Shown here one piece after another: positions 51,231 through 60,751 of a stretch of DNA of 64,000 nt. The position numbers were made by a program, and so were the translations under genes. The notes under the pieces are model-generated. The model saw nothing but the letters and a program-made list of their open reading frames with translations, was not told the DNA's origin and did no database searches. Origin of the DNA: a virus; IMG/VR virus record IMGVR_UViG_3300028833_002847; one strand, 5' to 3'. Numbering within the stretch: the stretch's first letter is position 1; each line of letters starts with the position of its first letter.

Positions 51231-54200
51231 ATGGCAAAATTAATTGATCTTGGTGGATTAACGGAATTCTTCTCTCATTTAAAAAGAATGTTCGCATTAA
51301 AATCTCAAATAACAAAAGTTAATTATGATGCCGGAACAGGAGGAAGAGCTCGATTATTACTAACGCAATCAGATGGATTAACAGAATCAGTTCCTCTTCC
51401 AACATATGAAGTTCTTGAAAATTATCCTTCAATAGATTTAACTGAAGAATCTGATGGAGTTATTTTTCAAGTTAATAATATAGATGGCTCTGCGGTAACG
51501 AAAATTTTCCATGGCACGCAAGGAGAAAAAGGTGACACTGGAGCAACTGGTCCACAAGGTCTTACAGGCCCAAAAGGTGATAAAGGAGATACAGGAGCTA
51601 AAGGTGATACTGGAGCAACTGGTCCGCAAGGAGAACCTGGATTAAGCCCTACTTTAACTGAAACTCAAACTTCTACGGGTTATGATATTGAGATTACAGA
51701 TACTAATGGAAGTAGAACTATTTCTATTTTAAATGGTAATGATGGAGAAATTTATGACGAAGTAACCCAAGAGGTTCACGGAATTATGTCTACTTCTGAT
51801 AAAATTAAATTAGACAATATTGCGGACAATGCAACAAAAACAGAAATAATAAATAATGGTAAAACAGTTTCTATTACAGATGCTAATGGAAATACTACAA
51901 CTTACAACGAACCTTCTTTAGCTACTTATCTTTTAGATGGGTTAATGTCTAAAGATGATAAAGAAAAACTTGATTCAATTCCTGCAGAAGCTTCAAAAGT
52001 TTCAATTGATATTTCTAATAATAGACTTATTATTGAAGATTCAGAAGGAAATCAAAATATTTATACAGGAGAGTTTGAAGGTTATAATGATATAGGTACA
52101 TTTAATGGAAGTTTAGATAATTTTTCTATTCCAGTTGGATTCTACAATTTAGTAGAAGGTCAATATTCAAATGGACCTGAACAAGATTTTAATGATATAG
52201 AATTAAATAATGGTATTTTTATTCAATTTGGAAATACTGTTAAGACTCAATTAATTTATGGAGCTCAAGGAATAACTACTGGTTATTTATTTTTTAGAAA
52301 TTATATCAACAATCAGTGAACAAATTGAATATTAATTAATCCTCCATTAGAATTAACAGAAGCTACTCAATCAGCAAATGGATTAATGTCAAGCATTGAT
52401 AAAACTAAATTAGATGGTATTGCAACTAATGCTAATAGAACAGAATTTGCTAATTCTATTTTATCTATTGTTGATGAAAATGGACAACGACAAAATGTTA
52501 ATATTGTTGATAGTACAAAACAGTTTTTTATTAATGAAAATTCTAATACTGCTAATTTTAATAATAGTAATGAAAAATTTATAACAGGGTATGATGCTAT
52601 AGGAAATAGTCAATCATTTTATTCTGATTATAATAGAGTTAATTTTTTAGGAGAATCTAGTTTAATTTCTAATATTATAAATTCAATAGAGAATAATAAT
52701 GCTACTGCTGTTACCTTTTATGAAAAATATGGTAATAAAATTATCTTATTTGATATAGATAATTATGTTATATACAGTTATTCATTTAATAATATTAATA
52801 ATCTTTTTACTTTAGATTCTTCTTATACTATTCCAATAGCAACAGAAAAAAAAGAAGGATTAATTTCTTCAAATGATTTACAAAAATTAAATAGTATTGC
52901 GAATAATGCTGTAAACGTATCTCTTGATGAAACTACTAATACTCTTACTTTTATAGACGGTGAAGGTAATGAAACTATTTTTGAGGCTGCTCCGCAATCT
53001 AATGATAATATTGAAATTTCTTCTTTAACTTTTAATGGAGAAACTTTTGGAAAATATCTTAAATTAATTAATGGAGATGAAGAATTAGTTTTAAGTTCTG
53101 ACTTTAATAAAGAAAGTTGAATTTTATCAACATCAGAAATAACTAATTTTGAATCACTTTTAAATGATTCTTCTAATTTAAGAGATATATATAAATATTT
53201 TGGTAATAAAATTACTATTTTAGAAAAAGATACAGGTGATATTTTTACTTATTCTTTAGAAGAAAATTCTTATGAAAAAAGTATTATTACTCAAAATACT
53301 ACTTATGGATTAAATTATAATCAAAATACTCATACAATGTCTTTATCTCAAGTTTATAGTAGTTCTGATATTGAAATACCTTTAGCTACAGATGAAATTG
53401 CAGGTTTACTTAGTTCATTAGATAAAGATAAAATTGATTCAATTGTTGAGGGTGCTACAAAAATTGAAATTTTAGATATTGATGACCAAGAGAGAAAAGT
53501 AACTATAGGCAATTTAGAAGATGAAAATAATTATCCTTTATCTTTTGGTAGTAATATTATTATTGTAACAAATAATAATATTGATAGTTTGCGGAATAAT
53601 CTATCAAATACCGCTAGTCAAATTGAATTATATAATCAAGAATATGGAAATATTTTCTATTTATATAATATTGATAGTGCGGAATATTGATATTGTGAAT
53701 ATAATGCAACTTTAGAAATATATGAATTAACTAAATATTCTATTCCTGAAGCTACTCAAGATAAATCTGGTTTATTATCTGATAGTGATAAAACTAAATT
53801 AGATAATATAGAAGATAATGCTAATAATTATATTCTTCCAATAGCAACAGATGAAAGCCTTGGAGGTTTTAAAGTAGGAAATGGTTTGTCTATTTCTGAA
53901 ACTGGTATATTATCACTAAAACTTGGTACTGGATTATTATTTAATTCTAGTAATCAATTAGTTATAGATACTTCTACTCAAAATAATACAGAAGTTGAAG
54001 GTGGAAATAGTTCTTGAGAAGTTACTGAAAAAACTGGTTTAGAATCTCTATTTATAGGTGGACATTCTGGATTAAAAATTACACCTTTAACAGAATATAC
54101 AAATGCTTTAATTTTAGATATAGATGAAAATACTTTTACTTTTAATGAAAATAAATTAACAATTTCAAATATTCCTATTTCTAAAGGCGGAACAGGTGCA

Positions 54201-54923
54201 GCTACTAAAGAACAAGCTCTAATTAACTTAGGAGCCCAAGCATTACTAAAAGATAGTTCATATATTTATATAGGAGATAATAATACTATACAATTTGATT
54301 ATGGTTTATTTAATAGAAATCTTGCAGAAGATTATATAGTTGAAATTAAACCTGAAAATTTTGAGCGTTATTTAGAAAATATAACCACATCTATAGAAGT
54401 AGCTACTTTTTTTAATGATTATTATGGTAAATCAAATTTCAGAATTAAATCTCAAGATGATTTTAAAGTTTATGAATTAGCTTTTAACCAAGAGACAGAA
54501 GTATATGAAGTAGAAAAAATTTATAATTATAAAACAGCTAGTGCGGACAATGACGGACTTCTTTCGGCAGCAGATAAAAATAAATTAGATAAAGTTAAAG
54601 ATTATGAATTTGGTTCAATAGAACCAGAAAGTAATCGTTTATTTGATGGTATGCTTTGATTAAAAACGGAAGATAATGTTATTAGTTTTAGAAGATGAAC
54701 AGAAGTTGATGATAACGAAACTTTCAATTACCCTAGTGGAATTAATTATAGTAATATTAATTTGTATCCTGATGATAATATTTATCCTAATATAGATGCA
54801 GATTTAATATATCCTAGTGAAAAATTATTTGGAAGTTATATTTTAACTCCTAATACTAATATATATCCAGAAAATGATGCTTTCCCGCACAAGGGGAATG
54901 GTTGAATAATTTATACGACATAA
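51231..54923 (+). CDS. Long tail fibre, about 1230 aa, with a collagen-like Gly-X-Y repeat region. Contains TGA codons
   Basis: GEKGDTGATGPQGLTGPKGDKGDTGAKGDTGATGPQGEPG tract. Repeated DKxKLD(G/N)I motifs. Frame continuous to TAA at 54921. Confidence 0.5.
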
Positions 54924-54936
54924 AAGGAGGAAGAGA

Positions 54937-55212
54937 ATGGCTTATAGTAGAATTAATTTTAAAAATGGTGCGGAAGGTGGAACTCCTTTAAGCGCTGCTA
55001 ATATGAATCATATAGAAGATGGAATAGTTGAACTTGAAACTAATAAACAAGATAAATTAACTGCGGGAAGTAATATTACAATTACTGGAAATACTATTTC
55101 TGCAACTGTCCCGCAAGTTCCTAATGAAACAGTTGATTTAACTTTTACTTATAGTGATGGAACGAGTGAAGTAATTTCTTTTGTAATTGATGATAGTAAT
55201 GTTGGAGAATAA
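54937..55212 (+). CDS. Hypothetical tail-associated protein, 91 aa
   Basis: ORF with RBS AAAGGAGGAAGAGA-ATG. Confidence 0.35.
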   Translation: MAYSRINFKNGAEGGTPLSAANMNHIEDGIVELETNKQDKLTAGSNITITGNTISATVPQVPNETVDLTFTYSDGTSEVISFVIDDSNVGE

Positions 55213-55214
55213 AA

Positions 55215-55907
55215 ATGACAGCTATTAATTTTACAGATATTCGTTCTATTGGGTTACATAATAAAAGTGTAACTCAAATTAGTTATACTAATTCAGGTGA
55301 AATTATTTGACCTACTCCTTCTCTACCTTCTAATTATACTCGTGGAGATTTTTTACAGCAACACTTATCTGATAATAGAGGTGCTCATTTTTCTCTTCCT
55401 ATTGGTTTAACAGAAGATATTCAATTTGAAATTACTTTAAGTTTTAATACTTTAGGAGAAGAAGAGGAAGAAAAAAGAAATATTTTAGGTTGTTATGATG
55501 ATGAAGAAAATGTAGTTTGAGGTTTACAAATTTTAAATAATGAGTTATATTTTAATGAAGAACTTGTTCAAAATTTTTCTTTGTCAGAAGATACAATTTA
55601 CAATATAATTATATTAGATAATGAGTTAAGGATTAATGGAAATTTAGTTCATACTTCTTTAATTCATCCTTTTGAATGAAATTATTTAGGTTTATATGAT
55701 TTAATTTTACCAGACCAATCTATTGATATTAATTTTCAACAAGCAGATATAAGTATTTACAAGGTAAGAATAAAAAATAATGGTACTTATTCTTACGATT
55801 GTGTACCTGTTGAAAATAATAATACTCATTATACCGGTTTATATGATTTAATTGGTCAAAGATCTTTTTATGATAATCAAAATCCTACTATATTAACTGT
55901 AGGAACA
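55215..55907 (+). CDS. Hypothetical tail-associated protein, about 230 aa, with TGA codons
   Basis: Frame continuous from ATG 55215 to TAA 55905 with TGA read as sense. Confidence 0.35.
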
Positions 55908-55924
55908 AATTCTTAAGCTGGTAT

Positions 55925-55954
55925 AAAAAACTTTTTGACAACTTGTCGTAAAAT
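55925..55954 (+). promoter_or_regulatory. Consensus promoter TTGACA-18-TATAAT at the head of the tRNA array
   Basis: Exact hexamers. Similar promoters at 59843-59872 and 60961-60990. Confidence 0.55.
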
Positions 55955-56097
55955 ATTGTATAATATATTTACAGAGTCGGAAAGAGGTTAAACAAAAATG
56001 TTTTGATTGAAAAAGAAAAGAAGTTGATAAAAAAAAATAAATGACAAATGAATTAAAAGCATAGTATAATATATTTAAAGAAATTGATAATTGATAA

Positions 56098-56172
56098 TTC
56101 CTCATGGTGTAATTGGCAACACAATGGATTCTGGTTCCATTATTTCACGTTCGAGTCGTGATGAGGAAGCCA
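56098..56172 (+). tRNA. tRNA-Gln (anticodon CUG), CCA encoded
   Basis: Cloverleaf built by hand: acceptor TTCCTCA/TGAGGAA, D GTGT/ACAC, anticodon stem ATGGA/TCCAT with loop TTCTGGT, T-arm TCACG-TTCGAGT-CGTGA. Confidence 0.6.
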
Positions 56173-56208
56173 CGCCCTTGTGACGGAATTGGCAGACGTA
56201 GTGGACTC

Positions 56209-56990
56209 AAACAAATTTGAGCACTTAGATTTGGAAACTGCTAAGTGAATGCTGGCTAATTCGGTGAAACTCTATTTAAGTAGACAACGCCGAGCTAAAT
56301 TTTTAGGGCAGACCCATATAATTTAGTCTTCCTAAATTTTATTTATATTGGATAAGTGAGACATGGAAGGATAAAAATGGGTCTAAAAAAATATTCTAAA
56401 GAATGGTTAGAAGAGCTTTGTAAAGATAGTTTTTCTTATGCAGAAGTATTAAGAAAAGCAGGTAGAAAACAAGGCGGCGGTGCTCAAAAAACTTTGAGAG
56501 AAAAAATTGAGTTATACAATATTGATATTTCTCATTTTACAGGACAAAATTGGAGAAAAGGAAAAACTAAAAAATCTGATAGTAGACTTTTACAGCAAGG
56601 ATTAAATCAAGAAAAATATCTCCTTGAAGAAGTTTTTGTAAAAAATAGTCCTGTTACTCAAAAAGTTTTAAGAGGGTATATCGAAAGACATTCTGTATTA
56701 GAATATAAATGTCAAAATTGTGGATGTAATGGTAATTGGCAAGGTGGAAAAATTGCTCTTGAAGTTCATCATATTAATGGTGATAATAAAGACAATAGAT
56801 TAGAAAATCTACAGTATTTATGTCCAAATTGCCATGCTTTAACTGATACTTATTGTGGCAAAAATAAAAAGTCCTAAAATAAATGTGTAGAGACTATATA
56901 CCAGCCTCCTAAGTTGAAAAATATGGAGAAGACATAGTCCAGACTACAACTACTTTTAGTAGGCTATGGTGACATAGTGTAGTAAGAAAA
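56209..56990 (+). mobile_element. Group I intron candidate within tRNA-Leu(CAA), encoding an HNH homing endonuclease
   Basis: Lies between the tRNA halves. Conserved group-I P7 strands and P9-like hairpins in the 3' part. ORF in a peripheral loop. Confidence 0.5.
56377..56877 (+). CDS. HNH homing endonuclease (intron-encoded)
   Basis: CQNCGCNG...LEVHHINGDNKDNRLENLQYLCPNCH HNH motif. RBS GGAAGGATAAAA-ATG. No TGA. Confidence 0.65.
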   Translation: MGLKKYSKEWLEELCKDSFSYAEVLRKAGRKQGGGAQKTLREKIELYNIDISHFTGQNWRKGKTKKSDSRLLQQGLNQEKYLLEEVFVKNSPVTQKVLRGYIERHSVLEYKCQNCGCNGNWQGGKIALEVHHINGDNKDNRLENLQYLCPNCHALTDTYCGKNKKS

Positions 56991-57077
56991 TCCACGGGCT
57001 TCGGCCGTAAGAGTTCGAATCTCTTCAGGGGCACCAAAATGTTAATAATAATTGACGTGATAGTTAAAACAGTTACT

Positions 57078-57153
57078 TCTCTGAGATTAGCTCAATTGGT
57101 AGAGCGTTTGTTTTACGTACAAAATGTAATAGGTTCGAATCCTATATTTTAGA
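57078..57153 (+). tRNA. tRNA-Val (anticodon UAC)
   Basis: D-arm AGCTCAATTGGTAGAGC, anticodon arm TTTGT-TTTACGT-ACAAA, T-arm ATAGG-TTCGAAT-CCTAT, acceptor with G-U pairs. No CCA. Confidence 0.55.
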
Positions 57154-57190
57154 TTTTATACCTGTTTTATAGATTTCCGTCAATTTTAAT

Positions 57191-57286
57191 ACTCCCATAG
57201 TGTAATGGTAGCACAGTGGTCTTCAAAACCATAGCAACCTGTGTCCAAAGCAGGCGGTCTCTGTTCGAATCGGAGTGGGAGTGCCA
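57191..57286 (+). tRNA. Opal-reading tRNA: anticodon UCA, class-II architecture (long variable arm), G73, CCA encoded
   Basis: Acceptor ACTCCCA/TGGGAGT, D GTGT/GCAC, anticodon stem GTGGT/ACCAT with loop CTTCAAA, 26-nt variable arm with a CCTG/CAGG stem, T-arm CTCTG-TTCGAAT-CGGAG. Confidence 0.6.
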
Positions 57287-57546
57287 TTGTAAATAAAGCG
57301 TGATAGTAAGAAAGTTACTTCGCACACAATGCAACAGACTCTTAATCTGTCAATAACACTTTCTTTATTATTTCCGCTAATATTAAATATTTATTGGTGA
57401 GAATAAATATTTAGTAAGATGATTGTAAGAAAGATACTTCAACTCATAAACAGTTACGGCATAGAGCTTTCTTTCTTAAAAATATCTCTTGCATTAGTTT
57501 TATTAATAATTTGACGTGATAGTTGAAATAGTTACTTCATATTTAA

Positions 57547-57619
57547 CTCAATGGGTAGAGTAATTATCTTGTAAATAATCTGTTATTGGTTCGAATCCAA
57601 TGGTATGTGCTTTTCACTA
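57547..57619 (+). tRNA. tRNA-Thr-like (anticodon UGU). The acceptor pairing is imperfect
   Basis: D-arm ACTCAATGGGTAGAGT, anticodon arm ATTAT-CTTGTAA-ATAAT, T-arm ATTGG-TTCGAAT-CCAAT. Mismatch at pair 1:72. Confidence 0.4.
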
Positions 57620-57647
57620 TTTCATAAATTTCCGTCAATTTTTTTAT

Positions 57648-57723
57648 GGGACTTTAGCTCAGTTGGTAGAGCAGAGGACTCTTAATCCTAAGGTCATGGG
57701 TTCAAACCCCATAAGTCCCACCA
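57648..57723 (+). tRNA. tRNA-Lys (anticodon CUU), CCA encoded
   Basis: GGGACTT-TA-GCTCAGTTGGTAGAGC..., loop CTCTTAA, T-arm ATGGG-TTCAAAC-CCCAT, AAGTCCC-A-CCA. Confidence 0.6.
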
Positions 57724-57727
57724 TTAA

Positions 57728-57800
57728 CGGGATGTAGGGTAATTGGTAACCCCCTGCATTTGGGATGCAGTTATTGCACGTTCGAGTCGTGTCATCCCGA
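57728..57800 (+). tRNA. tRNA-Pro (anticodon UGG)
   Basis: Acceptor CGGGATG/CATCCCG, anticodon arm CTGCA-TTTGGGA-TGCAG, T-arm GCACG-TTCGAGT-CGTGT. Confidence 0.55.
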
Positions 57801-57839
57801 GATTTTATTTATTTATTTAAAATATTCTTAAGAGGAAAA

Positions 57840-58415
57840 ATGGGAGTAAAATTATCACAAGAAGAAGTTATTAGAAGAATTAAAAAAAATTTTAAGCAAG
57901 ATGTATCTCTTATTAGTGAATACAAAAATAAAAGAAGTAAAGTTAAATTACATTGTAATGAATGTGGATATGAATGAGAAGCTTCTGCTCAAACGGTTAT
58001 TGATAATAATAGTTGTCATGTTTGTCCTAATTGTAATAATATAAAACAAAAATTTCATTGTGCTTATTGTAATAAAGAAATTTATAGAATTCCTTCTGAG
58101 ATAAAAAGAAATAAAAGTGGTTATTTTTATTGTTCAAAAACATGTGGAAATTTACATAAAAATTTATTAAGAAAAACATCAGGAGAATGAAATAATTCTA
58201 AAAATTATAGATTAAAAGCTTTTGAAAAATTAGAGCATTGTTGTGTTTCTTGTGGATGAAATGAAGATGAAAGAATATTAGAAGTTCATCATATAGATGA
58301 AAATAGAGATAATAATAATATAGATAATTTATGTATTCTTTGTCCTACATGTCATAGAAAATTAACTTCTCATTATTATATATTGACACCCTCTTTTAAA
58401 GTAATTTTAAAATAA
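57840..58415 (+). CDS. Free-standing HNH endonuclease containing 3 in-frame TGA codons (first at 57975-57977)
   Basis: CVSCG-TGA-NEDERILEVHHIDENRDNNNIDNLCILCPTCH HNH motif. Frame continuous across the TGA codons. Confidence 0.6.
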
Positions 58416-58421
58416 TTTAAC

Positions 58422-58500
58422 GGGCTGAGGGACTGCTAGGAGTGGTCACCTGTCCTGCAAACAGGAAAGCAGCTGGGTTCGAATCCCAGTCGGTCTACCA
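58422..58500 (+). tRNA. tRNA-Ala (anticodon UGC) with G3:U70 and A73, CCA encoded
   Basis: Acceptor GGGCTGA/TCGGTCT including the G3-U70 identity pair. Anticodon arm CCTGT-CCTGCAA-ACAGG. T-arm CTGGG-TTCGAAT-CCCAG. Long D-loop. Confidence 0.5.
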
Positions 58501-58548
58501 AAAATTTTTTGGACAAAAATGAATAATTTATAGTATAATTTTTATATT

Positions 58549-58622
58549 AATATTAAATTCTCTTGTAGCTCAAAAGTAGAGCACACGACTGATAATCGTG
58601 AGACGAAGGAGCGTTACCTTCC
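58549..58622 (+). tRNA. tRNA-Ile (anticodon GAU) with an atypical T-loop, CCA encoded
   Basis: TCTCTTG-TA-GCTCAAAAGTAGAGC-A-CACGA-CTGATAA-TCGTG ... GAAGG-AGCGTTA-CCTTC-CGAGAGA-A-CCA. Confidence 0.5.
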
Positions 58623-58623
58623 G

Positions 58624-58709
58624 AGAGAACCATGGGTCAGCTTCCGAGTTGGAGAACGGAGACAGTCTGTAAAACTGTTGCTTTAATGCTGAGTAGGTTC
58701 GAATCCTGC
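58624..58709 (+). tRNA. tRNA-Tyr (anticodon GUA), class II, CCA encoded
   Basis: Acceptor GGGTCAG/CTGACCC, D TCCG/CGGA, anticodon arm ACAGT-CTGTAAA-ACTGT, long variable arm, T-arm GTAGG-TTCGAAT-CCTGC. Confidence 0.6.
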
Positions 58710-58729
58710 CTGACCCACCAACATTAAAA

Positions 58730-58804
58730 TTGGAAGGTAGCTCAATGGTAGAGCCATCGGCTGTTAACCGATCTGTTGTGGGTTCGAGCCCCACTCTTCC
58801 AGCC
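58730..58804 (+). tRNA. tRNA-Asn (anticodon GUU), CCA encoded
   Basis: Anticodon arm ATCGG-CTGTTAA-CCGAT. T-arm GTGGG-TTCGAGC-CCCAC. Confidence 0.6.
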
Positions 58805-58807
58805 ATA

Positions 58808-58884
58808 TGGTTGTATAGCTCAGTAGGTAGAGCAAAGGCCTGAAAAGCCTTGTGTCGTTAGTTCGATTCTAACTACAACCACCA
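58808..58884 (+). tRNA. tRNA-Phe (anticodon GAA), CCA encoded
   Basis: GGTTGTA-TA-GCTCAGTAGGTAGAGC-A-AAGGC-CTGAAAA-GCCTT ... TACAACC-A-CCA. Confidence 0.65.
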
Positions 58885-58890
58885 AATTAT

Positions 58891-58968
58891 GGGACTGTAG
58901 CTTAGCTGGCTTAAAGCGTCGGACTGTCTCTCCGAAGATCGTGGGTTCGAATCCCATCAGTCTCGCCA
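58891..58968 (+). tRNA. tRNA-Asp (anticodon GUC), G73, CCA encoded
   Basis: Anticodon arm TCGGA-CTGTCTC-TCCGA. T-arm GTGGG-TTCGAAT-CCCAT. Acceptor GGGACTG/CAGTCTC. Confidence 0.6.
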
Positions 58969-58972
58969 ATAT

Positions 58973-59046
58973 GGAGTCTATAGTATAATGGTTAATTACG
59001 ATTGGCTGTGGCCCAATAAATGAAAGTTCGATTCTTTCTAGATTCC
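58973..59046 (+). tRNA. tRNA-His (anticodon GUG) with G-1:C73. No CCA
   Basis: Extra 5' G pairs with C73. Anticodon arm ATTGG-CTGTGGC-CCAAT. T-arm GAAAG-TTCGATT-CTTTC. Confidence 0.5.
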
Positions 59047-59117
59047 CGGAATGCTTTGTCTAAAACCTTCACGTGGTGCATTCTGATTTCGACTAATATT
59101 AGACAATATATTATAAA

Positions 59118-59201
59118 GGGCTTGTGATGGAATTGGCAGACATGATTGCCTTAGAAGCAATTGCTTTATGCGTGGAAGTTCGAGTCTTCTCAGGCCCACC
59201 A
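59118..59201 (+). tRNA. tRNA-Leu (anticodon UAG), class II, A73, CCA encoded
   Basis: GGGCTTG-TG-ATGGAATTGGCAGACAT-G-ATTGC-CTTAGAA-GCAAT-long arm-GGAAG-TTCGAGT-CTTCT-CAGGCCC-A-CCA. Confidence 0.6.
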
Positions 59202-59220
59202 AAAGAACAAAGGAGACAAT

Positions 59221-59751
59221 ATGTCAGAAAAAGTAGGTATTGCTGCACCTTGAATTGATTATGCTCGTAAAGTTCGTGCTTTATTCGCAAATGATCCAGA
59301 TGTAATTGTAGAATATGATAATGAAAATATGAAACTTAACTTGCGGGTCAATGGAACAGCAAAAGCAGATGCTCTTGCTCAACTTCTTCCAACAGAAAAA
59401 GAGTTTGGAAATGTAGTTCTTGCAATTAATGTTATTCCCACAAATGGTGGAAAAACATGTGCTAATCTTCTAAAAGATGCTTTAATTGGTAACAATGCTT
59501 TTTATGATATTATTGATTTTACTAAAGATACTCCGTATCCAGATGTAGTATATGTAGTTTTTGATAATAATGTAGTTCAATATCCTAATGATAATCTTAG
59601 TCATTATGCGGGAGTAGAAACTACACTTTATGCGGATATTGCTAAAGAAGTTTTTGAAAATGTAGATGGTAATGTTTATTTTAATACTATTTACGATGAA
59701 GATAATGATCTTCATTCAGATATTCCTTCTGGAGTTTGGCCTGTAGATTAA
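59221..59751 (+). CDS. Hypothetical protein, about 176 aa, with one in-frame TGA, embedded in the tRNA array
   Basis: RBS AAAGGAGACAAT-ATG. Frame continuous across TGA at codon 12. Confidence 0.4.
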
Positions 59752-59869
59752 AAATTTTTTTTGACAGATTGAATTAAAATATAATATAATATAAATACAG
59801 TGAGAGAGAAAAAAAATAGTTAGTTAAGACAGAAAATAATTTTTGACAAGATGATAGAAGATATGTTAT

Positions 59870-60560
59870 AATATTAATTGACAAGAGGGGACTTCAAAGA
59901 AACCGCGGAAATCTTTGAAGAGTGGTAACCGGCTCTCAGCGGCCTAGGAGACAAATACGGAATCCTAGATAGCGCGTGCCACGAAAGGAGTCATGACCTT
60001 TCTAAACAGCGAGAGATAGAATAACGAGGTGGTCTCTCGGGAAGTGTTACCTAAGTCAATTATTATCTGAGTCTGGTTTTCCTCAGATATAAAGTTAAAA
60101 AAGAAAAGTCCAATGTCTGTTACTCCACAGGCCACAAAAGGAGAAAAGACTTGGCCGTGAGAACGAGTCTATATGAAAGAACTCTCATATTTGTTTAGTT
60201 GGAGATACGGTATCGAAAGCCGTTTATCCCGATTATACTGGGATAATAGTTTAAAAGGTAAAAATATCAACTAACAAGCGCTTTACTCACATAGAGAGGA
60301 CAGCTGTGTCGGATCAGTCCAATCAGTCCAATCAGTTGCGCAAGTGGTAGGAAAGGAGGCATCCGAAACTACTGCGACATGGATACATAGAAGAGCCTTC
60401 ACGTGGCGTATCTGTTTTTACTAATCTTCTTAATAGCCGAAGAGACGGCCTTAGCATTTTAGCTAAGAGAATGTACCGCGAGAGATCGGACGGGTGAAAC
60501 GATAACATCCTGAAAACAACATTAGGAAAGTAGACTCGCAACGCTTTCCAATAGGAGAAA
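59870..60560 (+). ncRNA. Candidate large structured ncRNA of about 700 nt: ORF-free, GC-enriched, downstream of a consensus promoter
   Basis: No plus-strand ORF of 60 aa or more. Roughly 45% GC against a 30% background. Strong promoter TTGACA-18-TATAAT at 59843-59872. Many hairpins, e.g. CTTCAAAGA...TCTTTGAAG. GAAAAGTCCAATG and GGGTGAAACG motifs reminiscent of RNase P RNA conserved regions. Confidence 0.35.
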
Positions 60561-60564
60561 AGAT

Positions 60565-60751
60565 ATGAAAAATTTTTTAGAAAAAGAAATAAAGAAATGT
60601 CATAGTAAAACAAGTTATGAAACTAAAGATATTGCTTCGCGGGAAGGGCATTTAATTTTAAATTATAAAGAATTTAGAGTTTATCAGTGTCCATATTGCG
60701 GGCAATGACATATTACTACTGGGTCTGTAGCTTAATAGGTAGAGCACAAAC
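60565..60751 (+). CDS. Small zinc-ribbon protein with a TGA codon, overlapping the tRNA-Met 5' end
   Basis: MKNFLEKEIKKCHS...QCPYCGQ-TGA-HITTGSVA. Confidence 0.25.

Larger units (their letters stand above)
56174..57036 (+). tRNA. Split tRNA-Leu (anticodon CAA). Exon 1 is 56174..56208 and exon 2 is about 56991..57036. They are interrupted in the anticodon loop by a group-I-like intron of about 780 nt that carries an HNH ORF
   Basis: Exon-1 acceptor GCCCTTG pairs with exon-2 CAGGGGC-A-CCA. The D-arm is identical in type to tRNA-Leu(UAG) at 59118. Anticodon stem GTGGA ... TCCAC. Class-II variable arm GGGCTTCGGCC and T-arm in exon 2. The intron carries R/S-like P7 elements (GACTA at 56893, AAGACATAGTCC at 56930) and ends in G. 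Confidence 0.55.

Noticed and set aside
56960-57036. Independent tRNA at 56960-57036
   Set aside because: No 5' acceptor strand complementary to CAGGGGC exists nearby. It pairs perfectly with the tRNA-Leu 5' half at 56174, so it is exon 2 of the split tRNA.
57191-57286. tRNA-Sec (selenocysteine) interpretation of the UCA-anticodon tRNA
   Set aside because: It has a 7-bp acceptor and a 4-bp D-stem with a 7-nt D-loop, not the 8/5 acceptor/T and 6-bp D-stem of bacterial tRNA-Sec. TGA is also used pervasively as an ordinary sense codon. No SECIS-like context was seen.
57290-57530. Additional tRNAs in the 57.29-57.53 kb gap
   Set aside because: Anticodon-arm-like hairpins (CAGA-CTCTTAA-TCTG and AACT-CATAAAC-AGTT) are present. 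They lack flanking D-arms, T-arms and acceptor stems. They are probably degenerate remnants or leader structures.
59047-59110. tRNA between tRNA-His and tRNA-Leu(UAG) (GATTTCGACT motif)
   Set aside because: Only a GGAATGC...GCATTC hairpin plus a T-loop-like motif. No D-arm, no anticodon arm and no acceptor pairing.
60332-60613. Minus-strand 93-aa ORF inside the 59.9-60.6 kb region
   Set aside because: It lies antisense within a promoter-driven, hairpin-rich, ORF-poor segment. There is no RBS and the composition is unlike the local genes. The segment is treated as ncRNA.
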